Shown here piece by piece: positions 22,101 to 31,504 of a stretch of 64,000 nucleotides of DNA. Origin of the DNA: a virus; the IMG/VR virus record IMGVR_UViG_3300020048_000110. One strand, given 5' to 3'. Every line of letters starts with the position of its first letter. Position 1 is the first letter of the stretch. The notes under the pieces were generated by a model, which had not been told where the DNA came from, made no database searches, and saw only the letters and a program-made list of their open reading frames with translations. Position numbers and translations under genes: made by a program.

Positions 22101-22343
22101 AGAGAAGAAGCAGAAAAAGCAGCAGAAAAGAAAGCAAAAGCTGCAGCTGCTAAAAGAGCTAGAGCTAGGGTAAATAAAACTAAACAAGAAGTTCAAGATA
22201 TGGCAGAACAACAAGAAGAAACACAAGATGTAAATGAAGAAATTATTAATGATTTTGATATAGAAGCTGCAGCAGATGAAATTGCAAAAGAAGATAAATC
22301 TTCAGAAGACTATAGAAAAAATAAACCTAAATTTGACTGCTAA
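16161..22343 (+). CDS. Giant structural or ejected protein, 2060 aa, with Gly/Ala-rich hydrophobic N-terminal segments and a long charged coiled-coil-like middle
   Basis: ORF with a long run of E, K, A and L-rich heptad-like sequence. No catalytic motif seen. Confidence 0.5.
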   Translation: MPDYNKKDVYLQNFDAENAAASGFTGLDNFSTNDVAQSIRNSYLPQKDNRQKKNKEVLNDFLSIQPASSYTYGAPVKVEEKAGFTEKNYNVGELYTTLRDGEVVKNFETYTPGIDNYENHAQNQSTAEKWKNGAIKFAGQTVTGIIGGTLGTVYGIEEGIRQGSFRATYDNDFGNYLDDLNEKWNIELPNYYKQSEKEMGFVESMGTANFWAKDVLGGAAFTVSAIGSELIWDYATGGAALATSAARLGAKFERYLGKGASALGKLDDVARAKNLTIAPIRNTFNKTTETAKMFSTAKMPTWYATAFGKAGALANTARFVYTSAGFEAGFEARHYIREEEDKFFADFEKKNGKKPEEADIAEFQKNLTDSANSLYGFNLAVVGTSNLATIGKIFNFKSPLKAPSSWVNSKLFGVGAKAEAGEIIAKQATKAQKISQYAYSITKPMFVEGLYEEGMQSVGSNTAKKWIESKYDPKLTEGTYSLGNAWNDSLSQTYGTKEGFKEVGIGMIVGMIAGHGVNLVKGRGLNAEFSNEKYKAEALANMSKYYSPKKMAETFAYGNRVQMATNSESTAKRKGDFTGEELARQSSVIAQMNYAYNLDYFKEVKEDSIIAIKNIDNETLMDQYGVDESGAEALKKSMIEEYKETADTYKKYRDFAEYYVGDNLKAEESLIGKGGTLGEHDSKSIKEAIAYELTLGEKAHSFSGDLLQAIKEKVASTIVGEGISEALTIDDILAKAGKDAKIQADNKINQIEKVNKEVETIEKDYKQLKKTYDDSVSEEEKKSILGKLDALTSKKQELTQEKEQLRKEFEILVNTSKMKNPFGKDKGTVMISGDTLDNFRSRTQQVKDLIDGYDKINLQDSLQLKKLIQEYGKSLNAFQRYSDLSKQLSDPKLGLRGRRNLIAEIRRDKTPSEATVETLQGLLDKDRLTERGEQALVERAGEIEGLKAEVEKIKEAAKAGASIPKPTAEQIQVTKEEEIQAIKDEYDVKIAELSKSTVNTNQPGKIINGQFIPDNLGTQMAESMVAGLSRLSIVAKLREQEEKELLSKIPNAKNALTNGVVDKNKLTDPEDIAKFEEIYDKYDNLITPLLEYQKNIDIISTPVADIVEELSTLSTLEEKLNWLKDNNLLSTINVKGKEYNVVDYSDRVMVMMKIGQYNIPFYISTGQAGKKNVKAGNWYAVFGIGVEAGWINKGSEEQINDSYGFKLFEKLSKILNEGIGTIESREDNGNGRLKDGIGFLSDSKQDLEAFNDIMNLPTKPAGRNTYVSEFYDHVNSTLSLLNNELSKIGTPTKTVDNNKEINELKKERQAKLAEVEKKYPKSTEERKTLTEEIVDILENSPYLVEYVGTNVSELQPTEEEITEFRDLAEKAINDPKVKLDAIAFKNPYGVSDLPMGRKIISLSKEEVNRLQELNNKMANWQLLQAAANQAGVSIKQIIEQDIARKAKAAEKGIGTKLTDTELVTNTTIQEDESNLDKEGAKNRNEEVLQVAEGSFISRGRGGKMNIHYHTLPGLLKRMVDVKPRITVFKTEKVGNKEVVVDSTRKEILNTELSNYLVPGYHYQLAFEDGTSVEITMEKSSALSFKNREDLEKVLYSADLEYVESTLNRNGGYIPIYDTLTGRKVATDFQVEDNYSPGQIYDIASGESVFFNLDMSDPYNLQLLEEYNQEIRDNVRDPKEVLSDFKDSIKVNITDSSDNSLGILKANYDTRDLSNFLILREKAAELALEPANLGKKTAIPYTTTVKHIFLGAPNHSFEDGILKYYDIKPELVKGYGYISNGELVLKGVKASTVRKEYVKKLYNREGTPVVVLQQGKYLVAFPLNLIETEANLGDEFKEKLLESTNIANTVLELNQKLLEKGLSPRKYNLYFVSEENQTLFDENGDSSEKLTEAINDLNAIKETADVKTWMDRNHTAKDLAEQANIGLDMTRDAFSSPKPIIDFMGDTFVATEVDQDYSDTQKALNAAEVVLAIAEKSTATTREEAEKAAEKKAKAAAAKRARARVNKTKQEVQDMAEQQEETQDVNEEIINDFDIEAAADEIAKEDKSSEDYRKNKPKFDC

Positions 22344-25318
22344 TGGCATTTTGTGAAGTAAAACCAGAACATTTAAAATGGGTCATGGGCTATGCTCATA
22401 CTCTGATGAAAGAGGGTAAAACAATAGAACAGATTATCTCGGAAGTAAGACAAGAACTTCCGGGAAATCAACCCTTTTTGACTAATACATTATTATCTAA
22501 GATTCCAGCATTTATGCAAATGCTAATGTCTAAAAATTCAGTTTTAGGCAGACAGTACGGAGCAAACTTTTTAGAGATTCAAGACATAAAGGATAGATTT
22601 GAAGGACCTGAAGGATACAATGAAGTAGCTAAATTCAACAACAACGTACAATTAAAAGACGAAGTAGAAGCTGAGATATTAGATATCAAAGAAGAAGTCG
22701 AAGAAGAAGTAACTCCTGAAAAAGAACCTGTTACTCTATTAAAACCTAAAGTAAAAAGAAAATCACCAGGACTATCTAGAGAAGCTAAAAAAGCCATGAG
22801 CTATGAAACTTTTGATCCTTATGGAGAAACTATTAAGTATTTCCTATTAGGGGGTAAGTTACATGAAAGTGGATTATTAGATATATTCAAAGATAATGTT
22901 TTAGCAGAAAAGAACGCCAGAATTAAGTATATATCTTCAGATAAAAAACTGTTAAAAAATGGAGATTTAGAGTCAGCAAGTGGAGTAGACTCATTAGCAC
23001 ATTATTTGTGGGAAGGTACAGATTTAAGACAAGAAGACGGATTTCCAATATATAGCACAGAAGATTATAAAGCAGCCGTTATAGAAATAGTTAGAGGAAC
23101 TACAGATCTAAAAGAACTTGCACTTGACTTTATAGCTATAAATAATATGAAAGCTGCGGAAGAAGAGTACTACAGATCTAGACTAGGAGAACTTACAGAA
23201 GAAGAGCAAGACAGAGAAGATTTTCCAGATGCATATTTAGAAACCTACTTTAGAGAAAGACAAGCCGCAGAAAAAGAGTTAGGAGTTCTCATTGAAATAG
23301 GAGATGGGATAAAATTAGAAATTAAAACACAAACTTATGAAACAAAACAAGAAAAAGGAGAAACTAGAGAAGGTGAAAAAGACTCTGGAAAACAAAATGG
23401 TCAAAGAGTTATACAAGACTTCGGAAAGAATTTCCAACCCAAATTTAGCAATGCAGTACCTTATGGGCTTGAGGGAAAACTAGCAGATCACCAAAAAACA
23501 GGTGTAAATGCAATAGTTCAAGCAGTTTCAAGTAATAATAGTTTCTTATTAGCAGATGGTGCCGGAGCTGGAAAAACCAGAATCTTACTTACTTCAGCTA
23601 GAGTCCTTAAAGAAAGAGGAAGAAAAGTTATTATTGTAACCCAAAACAAGGATATTATACAAGGTAGTTTTAAAGCTGATTCAGCAACTCTTGGTATGTC
23701 TTTTATAAAAGGTAAAAATGATGCTGTAGAAATAGGTGGGGTGCCTGTTGTAACTATTGATAATTTCTCTAAAGTTTTAGATCCTAGAGGTTTTGATACC
23801 ATAATATTAGATGAGAGTCATAAAGCTAGCGGTCTTGTAAGTGAAGCTTCAAAGAAACTTAGAGGTTTTGAAGGGCAAGTAGTTTACGCTAGTGCTACAC
23901 CATTTGATACAGAAAGTAAGACTTTATACATACTTCCTAGATTATTAGGTATGAATGAAGAGTCTTATTTAGAAACAATAGGTGGTAAACTTAAAAAGAT
24001 TCCTAGAAGGGCCGAGCCAGATTTGATATATGATACTGCCAAGTTTAATTCTTTGATGAATACAGTTCACTCTAGATTTATATCTGAGGGTAAAATGTTA
24101 CATAGAAGATTTGAATTTTATGGAAATGACAAGCTAGACTTGAACACAATAGGTAATGCAGATGAGTTTGGAGGAGGTTACTCTATAGAGGAATTAGAAG
24201 AAAGAATCAGAGAATTAGCTAGAGAAAAAGCCAAAAAGGTATTCTTGACAGACGCAGATGTAAGAGCAGGAGAAACCGTAGAATCCAAAAAAAGGAAAGT
24301 CTATGAACAAACTGCTAACCAAATTAAGTCGGTACCAGAAACTTTCAAAGCTAACAATGATATGATAGCCCAAGTACAAAAAGATTTAGCAGATGGGAAA
24401 CAAGTCATAATCTACAGTGTAAACGTAAAAGAAGATGGAATGTCTTATAAAATTCTAAACCGAGAAGGAGAAGAAGAAACGGTAAATAGGCCTGCTATGA
24501 TTACACAAATGGAAAAAAAGCTGAAAGATAGAAATATAGACTTTGGAGTTGTAACTGGAAAAATAAGAAACAGACCGGCTATTGTAGATAAGTTTCAAAA
24601 AGGAGAACTAAAAGTACTCTTGATAAACGAGTCTGGAACAACAGGTATTAACTTAAACGATACAGTAGGTAACGCACCAAGAAAGTTATATATTGCAGGA
24701 GCTTTACCAAGTGCTATTCAATTAGAACAAGTTAAGGGTAGGGTAAGTAGGATCAATAATGCATCTGCTGCAGAAGTTTCTTATGTATCCGTAAACTCAT
24801 CAGCAGAAGGTAGAAACAGAGAAAAATTAATAGCTAAAATGGCTATTATGAATAGTATCTTAACCGGAGAGCAATTAAACAATGTTATTGGAAAACAGAA
24901 TAAAATCGAAGAGATTAAAAAAACTGTTAAAGATGGGTTCATAGAACCTTATCTAGAAGATACTGATGGTGGTGCAAAGTTCTTAGTAAAAGGAAGTACT
25001 CAAGAAATAAAAGACATACTTAAAACATTAGGAGCTAGAGGTATATACAGTGCACCTAAAGTATTTTCTGGATGGGAATTTCCAGCTATAAGAAAGCAAG
25101 AGATTCAAGATTTTCTTAATACTACATTTAACAAAGTTGCGGATATAAATAAAGGTATAGGAAGAGTAAATGAAGAGATCAGTGCGATAGGACAAGAGGC
25201 TCCAACTACAACTAAACCAGAAGTACCAAACAGAATACAGAATATATTAGGCGATATAGTTTCTCCAAGCGAAGAGATGATTAGAAAATCTCAAGACGAA
25301 CAAAATAAAAGATGCTAA
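22343..25318 (+). CDS. SF2 (DEAD/DEAH-like) helicase-domain protein, 991 aa, embedded in the giant structural block
   Basis: Motif I LADGAGAGKT at about 23548-23579. Motif II IILDESHKA at about 23800. Motif III YASATP. Motif VI QVKGRVSRI at about 24730. Confidence 0.65.
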   Translation: MAFCEVKPEHLKWVMGYAHTLMKEGKTIEQIISEVRQELPGNQPFLTNTLLSKIPAFMQMLMSKNSVLGRQYGANFLEIQDIKDRFEGPEGYNEVAKFNNNVQLKDEVEAEILDIKEEVEEEVTPEKEPVTLLKPKVKRKSPGLSREAKKAMSYETFDPYGETIKYFLLGGKLHESGLLDIFKDNVLAEKNARIKYISSDKKLLKNGDLESASGVDSLAHYLWEGTDLRQEDGFPIYSTEDYKAAVIEIVRGTTDLKELALDFIAINNMKAAEEEYYRSRLGELTEEEQDREDFPDAYLETYFRERQAAEKELGVLIEIGDGIKLEIKTQTYETKQEKGETREGEKDSGKQNGQRVIQDFGKNFQPKFSNAVPYGLEGKLADHQKTGVNAIVQAVSSNNSFLLADGAGAGKTRILLTSARVLKERGRKVIIVTQNKDIIQGSFKADSATLGMSFIKGKNDAVEIGGVPVVTIDNFSKVLDPRGFDTIILDESHKASGLVSEASKKLRGFEGQVVYASATPFDTESKTLYILPRLLGMNEESYLETIGGKLKKIPRRAEPDLIYDTAKFNSLMNTVHSRFISEGKMLHRRFEFYGNDKLDLNTIGNADEFGGGYSIEELEERIRELAREKAKKVFLTDADVRAGETVESKKRKVYEQTANQIKSVPETFKANNDMIAQVQKDLADGKQVIIYSVNVKEDGMSYKILNREGEEETVNRPAMITQMEKKLKDRNIDFGVVTGKIRNRPAIVDKFQKGELKVLLINESGTTGINLNDTVGNAPRKLYIAGALPSAIQLEQVKGRVSRINNASAAEVSYVSVNSSAEGRNREKLIAKMAIMNSILTGEQLNNVIGKQNKIEEIKKTVKDGFIEPYLEDTDGGAKFLVKGSTQEIKDILKTLGARGIYSAPKVFSGWEFPAIRKQEIQDFLNTTFNKVADINKGIGRVNEEISAIGQEAPTTTKPEVPNRIQNILGDIVSPSEEMIRKSQDEQNKRC

Positions 25319-25332
25319 AAAGTTTTAATCTA

Positions 25333-25364
25333 TTTGGTAATTACAGAAATAATCCATAAATTTG
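25333..25364 (+). promoter_or_regulatory. Bacteroidetes-type sigma promoter upstream of the 2014-aa ORF
   Basis: TTTG at 25333-25336, a 20-nt spacer, then TAAATTTG at 25357-25364. Confidence 0.55.
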
Positions 25365-25384
25365 CGTATTAAAAAAATATAAGA

Positions 25385-28300
25385 ATGGCAATAGAATGTA
25401 GAATTTTAAGAAACGAGTACGGAGAGATTGATCATGTTATAGCTAATAACGGAGAAAGAAGCGAACTATTCGACAACTTAGTAGATATATCGGGCGGTAA
25501 TAAAGATACCGCCCTAGATCTTTATGCACTAACTGAAACAGAAGAGTTTAAAGAACTTACTGAACTAAAAAGTAACGAAGAAAGAGTAAAATTTCTAAAG
25601 GAATTTCAAAAAGAGAAACCTTTTTTTGGCAAAGATGTAAAATTCCAGAAAACGGAAATAAAAAAGACAGCTATAACTCCAGAAGAACAAAAACAAGAAA
25701 TCATAAACCAACTTAAAAAGACAGGTTTAGCAGGTAATGTTTTTGAGATGTCTAACGATGAAATAGAGTCAAAACTGCAAGAGATTGGGGTAGATTCTGA
25801 AGTAGCAAAACAAGTATCAAAATATCATAAATCAAGACTTTTTGTACCTAATGTTAGAGGGGGCTGGACAAAAGAAAAGATAGTAAAGTACTTCAAATCT
25901 AAAAGTAGTCAAACTGTTACTGACTACGGTATTATACAAATGATTTCTGAATTTGACTCATTTGATGATTTTAAAAAGAATGTATTTTTTCACGGTACAA
26001 CAAATTTCATAGAGAAGGGGCTAAAACCTTCTATCACTATGAGTGAAAGAGATGCAGAAAGATATGGAGGAGGAGGTTATGGAGAAAGATATTTTGGAAT
26101 CTCCCTAACAAAGGATAAAAAAATAGCAGAATCATTTTCTGGAACAAGCAGTAGTGTTAAGGTATACCCAGTTATCTTAAAGAAAGACGCAAAGGTAATA
26201 AACAGAGAAGATTTACAAGACGCTTCTGATGTAGAAGATATAATAGTAGAACTATATGAACAAGGGGTAGATGCTGTATGGATAGGTGGAGGAGAACAAG
26301 AATTAGTAGTTGTGAACCCTTATGCTGTAAGTTTATATAAGAATGGATCAGAAAGTTTTCAAGTATATGGTGGATTCAAAAGCGTACAACCAACTGATAA
26401 AAAACTTTCACAAATCTTCAATAAAGCTAAAAAAGAAGCAGTTGGGTTAGAAAAAGAGTTTAATTCTATTTCAGGTAAAGAGAATAAAGATACCTTTTTA
26501 AGCAACATAGGTAAAACACAGTTTTCAAAAAACCTATCAGAAAAAGGTATAGGGGTAACTACTTCTGGATTTACTTTTAAAGGAGATGTATACTTAAATA
26601 ATGAATCTGCTACTGAAAATACTTCTATACATGAGTTTCAACATTTACATTTAGATTATCTAAAAGAGAATAGAAAACAAGTATATGAGCAAGGTTTATC
26701 ATTAATTCAAAATGAGTTAGCTCTTGGTGAAAATAGTGAAATAAAAGATGTAATAGATTTTGTTAATAGTACACAACCAGACCTTACAGGTGAAAAACTA
26801 CATAACGAGATACTAACAGAACTACTTGGTAGAAAAGGTCTTGACTTAATAGAAGAAACAAAAGATACAGTTAAAAAAGGAGGTATATTAGAGTGGTTGA
26901 AAAACGTATGGGCCGATATAAAATCTATGTGGGGAATCTCTAAGATGAGTAACTCTGAAGTTAAAAAGTTAACATTAGGTAAATATGTTAGAGCTATGAA
27001 CATAGATATCTTAGGTGGAGAAAAATTAATTGGAGATCAAGCACAAGAGTATTTTGCAAGAAATGCAGATAGGCTTCCTCTTACACTTTCAGTATTCCGA
27101 AGACCAGAATTTATAAAACTACAAGGCAAAGAGATTAATCCTATCACGGTTTTAAATTCATTAAATCAAACAGGTATTAAGCAGATTGAAAAAGAACTTA
27201 TAAAAAACGTAATAGAAAAAAACTATCAAGGGCAAAATAAAATATCATACGATGAATTAGAAGCAACTGTAAGAGCAAATATAATGCCTTTAGAGAGGAT
27301 ATTTACAACCAGTTATTCAGATTATGGTATGGAGAGGCTTAGTGATGGAAATTATGGAGAGGCAACTACTATAATATTAAACTCTCCAATAGATCATGGT
27401 ATTGTAGGGCATTTTTCAGGGTCTTTTGTAACATCTGGAAGAAAGAATATAAAATATATGCCAAAACAACTTAATGGTAGTACTTGGGTGGCAGTTGAAG
27501 AAGGATATGAAAGCCAAGCAAATGATAATAACATTTACCAATTTGTAGGAACAGCTGGTACAAAAGAAGCTGTTGATGAGTGGATTAGCAAGTATAAAAA
27601 CCCAAATAACTTATTAAGTATAGATGACAAATCTCTTATAATAGAAGTTTCTGAAGTATCTCAAAGTACAAAAGAACAGTTTCCAGATTCGGACATAGTA
27701 GATGTACAGTTATTAAGAAATGGAGAAGTTTTAAAAACATCAAGAAGAATGCTTAGGAATTCTGAAGAGAATATGAGAGCTAATATAATTGATAATTATA
27801 ACATAGAAAAAGATTCATTATCAGAAACAACTATAAACAAAGGAATGTTTGGTCATATACGTGTATGGCAAGATGGAGATATATTTAATGTTGCAGAACT
27901 TCAATCAGATTACTTTCAAAAAAGTAATGCTAAAAAAGAGATAGTACCTAACGCACCTGAATATACTAAAAAACTAATAGAATTACAAAGTAAGTATAAA
28001 AAAATAGCGGTAGAGAATCTTAGAAGAATAGGTATTACAACTAGGGAAGAAGCGTTAACTTCACTAAATTTATCAACACCTTTGCAAATTAGAAGAGCAG
28101 TTGAAGCTAAAACTATAATAATAGATAAAAATAGTGAAATACAAAAACTTTTAGACACAATAGAGGAAGGGCTTAAAAGCAATGATATTGAAGTACGTAG
28201 ACAGATAGATAAAGATGTATCTAGAGTTATTGAAATAGTTGGTAAAAATCCTGACATTACATCTAATGATAGTTACATAAAAGAGTTAAATCAATTAAAA

Positions 28301-31300
28301 GATAACTATCTCTCACTACAAGAAAAGCAATTTATAGCATCTCAAAAAGAGTTTGAAAAAAGAATGGTTAGAGAAGCAATAAAAGAAGCATCTCTATCAG
28401 GGGCCACAGAACTCCGTTTTCCTACACCATATACCTTGAGTGTTATTGAGGGATACCTATCAGAAAATGGTGGCATGCCTTATGAAATAGAAAGTGCGGA
28501 AGATAGTAGTCGTTTAGAATCTGGTGACACAATTTACTATGCAGGAGAAGAATACACTGTATTAAATTCTTGGTATGAAAATATAGAAGTAGCACAAACT
28601 AGCTCCTTATATTCAACAGAAATAGATTCTTTTATAGAAGAACAAGTTAGTTCTGAAGTTGATGAAATTATGGACTACGGACTTGATGTTGATATTACAA
28701 AATTTTATACCCAAGAAGAGTGGGACAATGAAGATAAATATCGTGCACTAGAAGACACACAATTAGAAGATTTAGGAAAAGAGATTGAAGACGGTGTATA
28801 CGAATTATCAGAAACTAAAATAAGAAATTTAATAGAAGAGGATAAGAGAGATTACTACAATTCAGAGAGTATAGAAAGTATACTCGAAGATATGGGATAT
28901 GAGAATGTAGTTGTAAAGGGAGATACCGCATATTACACACCATACGGAACATCAACAGAAACTTTTGGACAACCTGATACATACGATAATGAAAGCGACA
29001 AAGAATCTTTTACTATAGAAGGCAGCCTAGATGACACACAACAAACAGTTGCTCGTAAGTACGAACAAATTGCTAAAATTCTAGAACAAGAAAGAGGAGA
29101 AGATAACTTTGAGATAATTACAGATGACAGTGGTTTTGATTGGTACTCAACAAAAATAGATCCGAGTGAAACAGACAACCCTGTAGTAGCTTTCCAAAAA
29201 CAAGAAGAAAAACCAACTGTAACCTATAAAAACTCTAAAATATATTCTGCACAAAGAACAAATCCTATTACAGGAGAGCCAACTGGAGAAATAGAATTAA
29301 AAACAATAGAAACTGATAAATTATCTAGAGGTAAAGGTCAAGCAAGAGCAGCTTTAAAGGAATTCCTTAATTATACAGACGCTATAGGAAAAGATGTTTA
29401 TTTAGTAGTTACTCCTAGAGATAGCAGTACTAGATTCACTAGCCTAGTAGACTTTTACAAATCTGAAGGTTTTGAAATGGAACCTACAGAATTCGAAATG
29501 GTAAGGAAAGCAAAACGTGTTAAGGCAGCTAATTTTGATGTTAATGGAGAACCAGATATAAAAACTGTTCTAGACTTTTCTAACAGAAGTAGTGATGGAC
29601 TTACCTCAGAAGAGAAAGTACAAGCCATGAATTTCTTAGTTAGTACAGGATTAAAAACTTCTACAGAACTTCTTTCTAAGCTAGAAGATACGTTTTTCAA
29701 GAATGGTCTATTTGTAGCTAACAAAGTTAAGATGTCTAAAAGCGGATTATACAACAAGTTTGAAATATCTGAAATTACACAATCTCCTATTTTACAGAAA
29801 GAGATAAAAGAATTAGTACTTGCACTTAGGAATACAGAAGAGATGTCAATAGATTATGACAGCAAATTTGTAAAAGGCGAAACTACCAGTTTAAATAATT
29901 TTGGAAAACAGACAGTATCTAATCCTTACATCTTAGAAAAGGAAATTGCTACAGAAATCGCAGGAGTACCTTTAGAGGATGTAAGACAGTACTTATCTTC
30001 TGATATGTCATCTAAATATAAAACTGATTCTGCTTTTAAAAAGGTAGTAGATAGAATTGCTACAGAAAATAAATTAGCAAGTGTTAAGAAGATAGTTAAT
30101 GGAGAATTAGTAGATAAAACTTCAGATACTTCTGAAAAACTAAACCTTACTTTAATAAAAGAAATAGATCAAGAGTTATTAGAAAAGTTATATTATCTGA
30201 CAAACTCTATTTCTGAAAACGTATGGAATCAAAACTTGGATTTAGTATCTAAGTCAATAGAAGATGTATCAAGTTTAGCTAAACAAAACGGTATAGATTT
30301 TTCAAACTTATCTACAAAAGTATATAGCATACCAAGACAAGAAGTAGTAAATTTACTGAACTCTTTTGTAGAGCTAGTTGCAAGTGAAGATAGTCAGAAT
30401 TTAGAAGAGTTTTCTAGTTTATATGACAACATGTTTGATACAACTCAGCCACAAAAAGAGTTGATTAAAACAGATAGTGAATTCGATGTTGTATTAGATA
30501 CTAATTTATCAGAGCAAGAATTATTTTCTAGTTATGATTTAGTAAAAAAAGCAGATGGTATCTACAGAAAAATAGACCCTACTACTTTAGACGATTTATA
30601 CGACTCTTTCTTCAACTATAAAAATTTATTCCCTAGCAGTATAGCTGATATAGAACAATTAAAAAGCTACGTACAAGAAAAGTCTATAGACAACGTAGAA
30701 AACGGTTTTTCTATAGAAGAGGGAGATATGGAGAAAATGTGGATGTACAAAAAGTTCTTTAACTTTCCGATGAATATTTCAAAAGAAAGAGTAGAAGTAG
30801 AGAGGACTAAAAATATAACCCTTGATTCTGAGTATCTGACCGGGGATTTTATAAAAGATTTCAATGTGTACTTACTAGAGTCTGGAAACAAGTATTTCAA
30901 AGTTACAGAAAAAGGTATTGAATTAGAGAATAATGATCCAATATCAAAAGAGGAAGCTAAATTGTCTCTTTCAGAAGAACTAACAGAAGTACTAGCTCAA
31001 TACGATGCGTTATCTAGACATTTAAATTTAGGATTAGAATCTAAGTTGGATACCTATGAAGATTTTAACACTGAAAACGCACAAAGAGTTAACGCTGTAA
31101 ATAACCCTGATTCTGTGCCTAAATTAACTGGAGAGTATACTTATGTAGAAGAAGGCATTTTAGCAGCTAAGAATGAAGCTAATGCGTTTGTAAGGACTCC
31201 AGTGGGGGTATTTGAATTAGTCTATGAAGTGAACAATGTAAAATTCTTCAATAAACTTCCAGATGCAGATCCTAACTACAAATTGTACGAGTTAGAAAAG

Positions 31301-31429
31301 CCACTAACAAATGTAGATTTCAACAATTACTTCTACCTACAAAATTCAGTAGAAGTGTTCAAAGAGGCTAAAAAGAATTATAATAAAAAAGAATTAGAAA
31401 AAATCAATAAAGATTATTTCGACTGTTAA
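25385..31429 (+). CDS. Giant multi-domain protein, 2014 aa, with a zincin HExxH motif and a GNAT-like motif. Candidate ejected effector
   Basis: HEFQH at residues 416-420 (nt 26630-26644). RGKGQARAAL at about residue 1313 (nt ~29321-29370) fits the GNAT motif A (Q/R)xxGx(G/A). FFHGTT at residues 201-206. Confidence 0.45.
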   Translation: MAIECRILRNEYGEIDHVIANNGERSELFDNLVDISGGNKDTALDLYALTETEEFKELTELKSNEERVKFLKEFQKEKPFFGKDVKFQKTEIKKTAITPEEQKQEIINQLKKTGLAGNVFEMSNDEIESKLQEIGVDSEVAKQVSKYHKSRLFVPNVRGGWTKEKIVKYFKSKSSQTVTDYGIIQMISEFDSFDDFKKNVFFHGTTNFIEKGLKPSITMSERDAERYGGGGYGERYFGISLTKDKKIAESFSGTSSSVKVYPVILKKDAKVINREDLQDASDVEDIIVELYEQGVDAVWIGGGEQELVVVNPYAVSLYKNGSESFQVYGGFKSVQPTDKKLSQIFNKAKKEAVGLEKEFNSISGKENKDTFLSNIGKTQFSKNLSEKGIGVTTSGFTFKGDVYLNNESATENTSIHEFQHLHLDYLKENRKQVYEQGLSLIQNELALGENSEIKDVIDFVNSTQPDLTGEKLHNEILTELLGRKGLDLIEETKDTVKKGGILEWLKNVWADIKSMWGISKMSNSEVKKLTLGKYVRAMNIDILGGEKLIGDQAQEYFARNADRLPLTLSVFRRPEFIKLQGKEINPITVLNSLNQTGIKQIEKELIKNVIEKNYQGQNKISYDELEATVRANIMPLERIFTTSYSDYGMERLSDGNYGEATTIILNSPIDHGIVGHFSGSFVTSGRKNIKYMPKQLNGSTWVAVEEGYESQANDNNIYQFVGTAGTKEAVDEWISKYKNPNNLLSIDDKSLIIEVSEVSQSTKEQFPDSDIVDVQLLRNGEVLKTSRRMLRNSEENMRANIIDNYNIEKDSLSETTINKGMFGHIRVWQDGDIFNVAELQSDYFQKSNAKKEIVPNAPEYTKKLIELQSKYKKIAVENLRRIGITTREEALTSLNLSTPLQIRRAVEAKTIIIDKNSEIQKLLDTIEEGLKSNDIEVRRQIDKDVSRVIEIVGKNPDITSNDSYIKELNQLKDNYLSLQEKQFIASQKEFEKRMVREAIKEASLSGATELRFPTPYTLSVIEGYLSENGGMPYEIESAEDSSRLESGDTIYYAGEEYTVLNSWYENIEVAQTSSLYSTEIDSFIEEQVSSEVDEIMDYGLDVDITKFYTQEEWDNEDKYRALEDTQLEDLGKEIEDGVYELSETKIRNLIEEDKRDYYNSESIESILEDMGYENVVVKGDTAYYTPYGTSTETFGQPDTYDNESDKESFTIEGSLDDTQQTVARKYEQIAKILEQERGEDNFEIITDDSGFDWYSTKIDPSETDNPVVAFQKQEEKPTVTYKNSKIYSAQRTNPITGEPTGEIELKTIETDKLSRGKGQARAALKEFLNYTDAIGKDVYLVVTPRDSSTRFTSLVDFYKSEGFEMEPTEFEMVRKAKRVKAANFDVNGEPDIKTVLDFSNRSSDGLTSEEKVQAMNFLVSTGLKTSTELLSKLEDTFFKNGLFVANKVKMSKSGLYNKFEISEITQSPILQKEIKELVLALRNTEEMSIDYDSKFVKGETTSLNNFGKQTVSNPYILEKEIATEIAGVPLEDVRQYLSSDMSSKYKTDSAFKKVVDRIATENKLASVKKIVNGELVDKTSDTSEKLNLTLIKEIDQELLEKLYYLTNSISENVWNQNLDLVSKSIEDVSSLAKQNGIDFSNLSTKVYSIPRQEVVNLLNSFVELVASEDSQNLEEFSSLYDNMFDTTQPQKELIKTDSEFDVVLDTNLSEQELFSSYDLVKKADGIYRKIDPTTLDDLYDSFFNYKNLFPSSIADIEQLKSYVQEKSIDNVENGFSIEEGDMEKMWMYKKFFNFPMNISKERVEVERTKNITLDSEYLTGDFIKDFNVYLLESGNKYFKVTEKGIELENNDPISKEEAKLSLSEELTEVLAQYDALSRHLNLGLESKLDTYEDFNTENAQRVNAVNNPDSVPKLTGEYTYVEEGILAAKNEANAFVRTPVGVFELVYEVNNVKFFNKLPDADPNYKLYELEKPLTNVDFNNYFYLQNSVEVFKEAKKNYNKKELEKINKDYFDC

Positions 31430-31435
31430 GAAGAG

Positions 31436-31466
31436 AGGCTGTCAAAAAAAGGCAGCCTTATCTTTT
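31436..31466 (+). terminator. Rho-independent terminator after the 2014-aa ORF
   Basis: Stem aggctgtc / ggcagcct (8 bp with one G-U pair) around an aaaaaaa loop, followed by tatctttt. Confidence 0.6.
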
Positions 31467-31480
31467 AATTAATTTTTTTA

Positions 31481-31504
31481 TTTGAAAAAAAAGGTTTAAA
31501 TTTG
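31481..31504 (+). promoter_or_regulatory. Putative promoter for the 1915-aa ORF. The -7 element is canonical and the -33 is weak
   Basis: TAAATTTG at 31497-31504. The only TTTG upstream lies 12 nt away instead of about 20. It shares TTTGCATAAAATT with the 13.4 kb promoter. Confidence 0.35.

Noticed and set aside
16161-22343. Considered calling the 2060-aa protein a tape measure protein
   Set aside because: The length would imply an implausibly long tail. No TMP hallmark such as C-terminal peptidase or LT domains is seen. The surrounding architecture looks podovirus-like or cargo-like rather than sipho/myo tail-like
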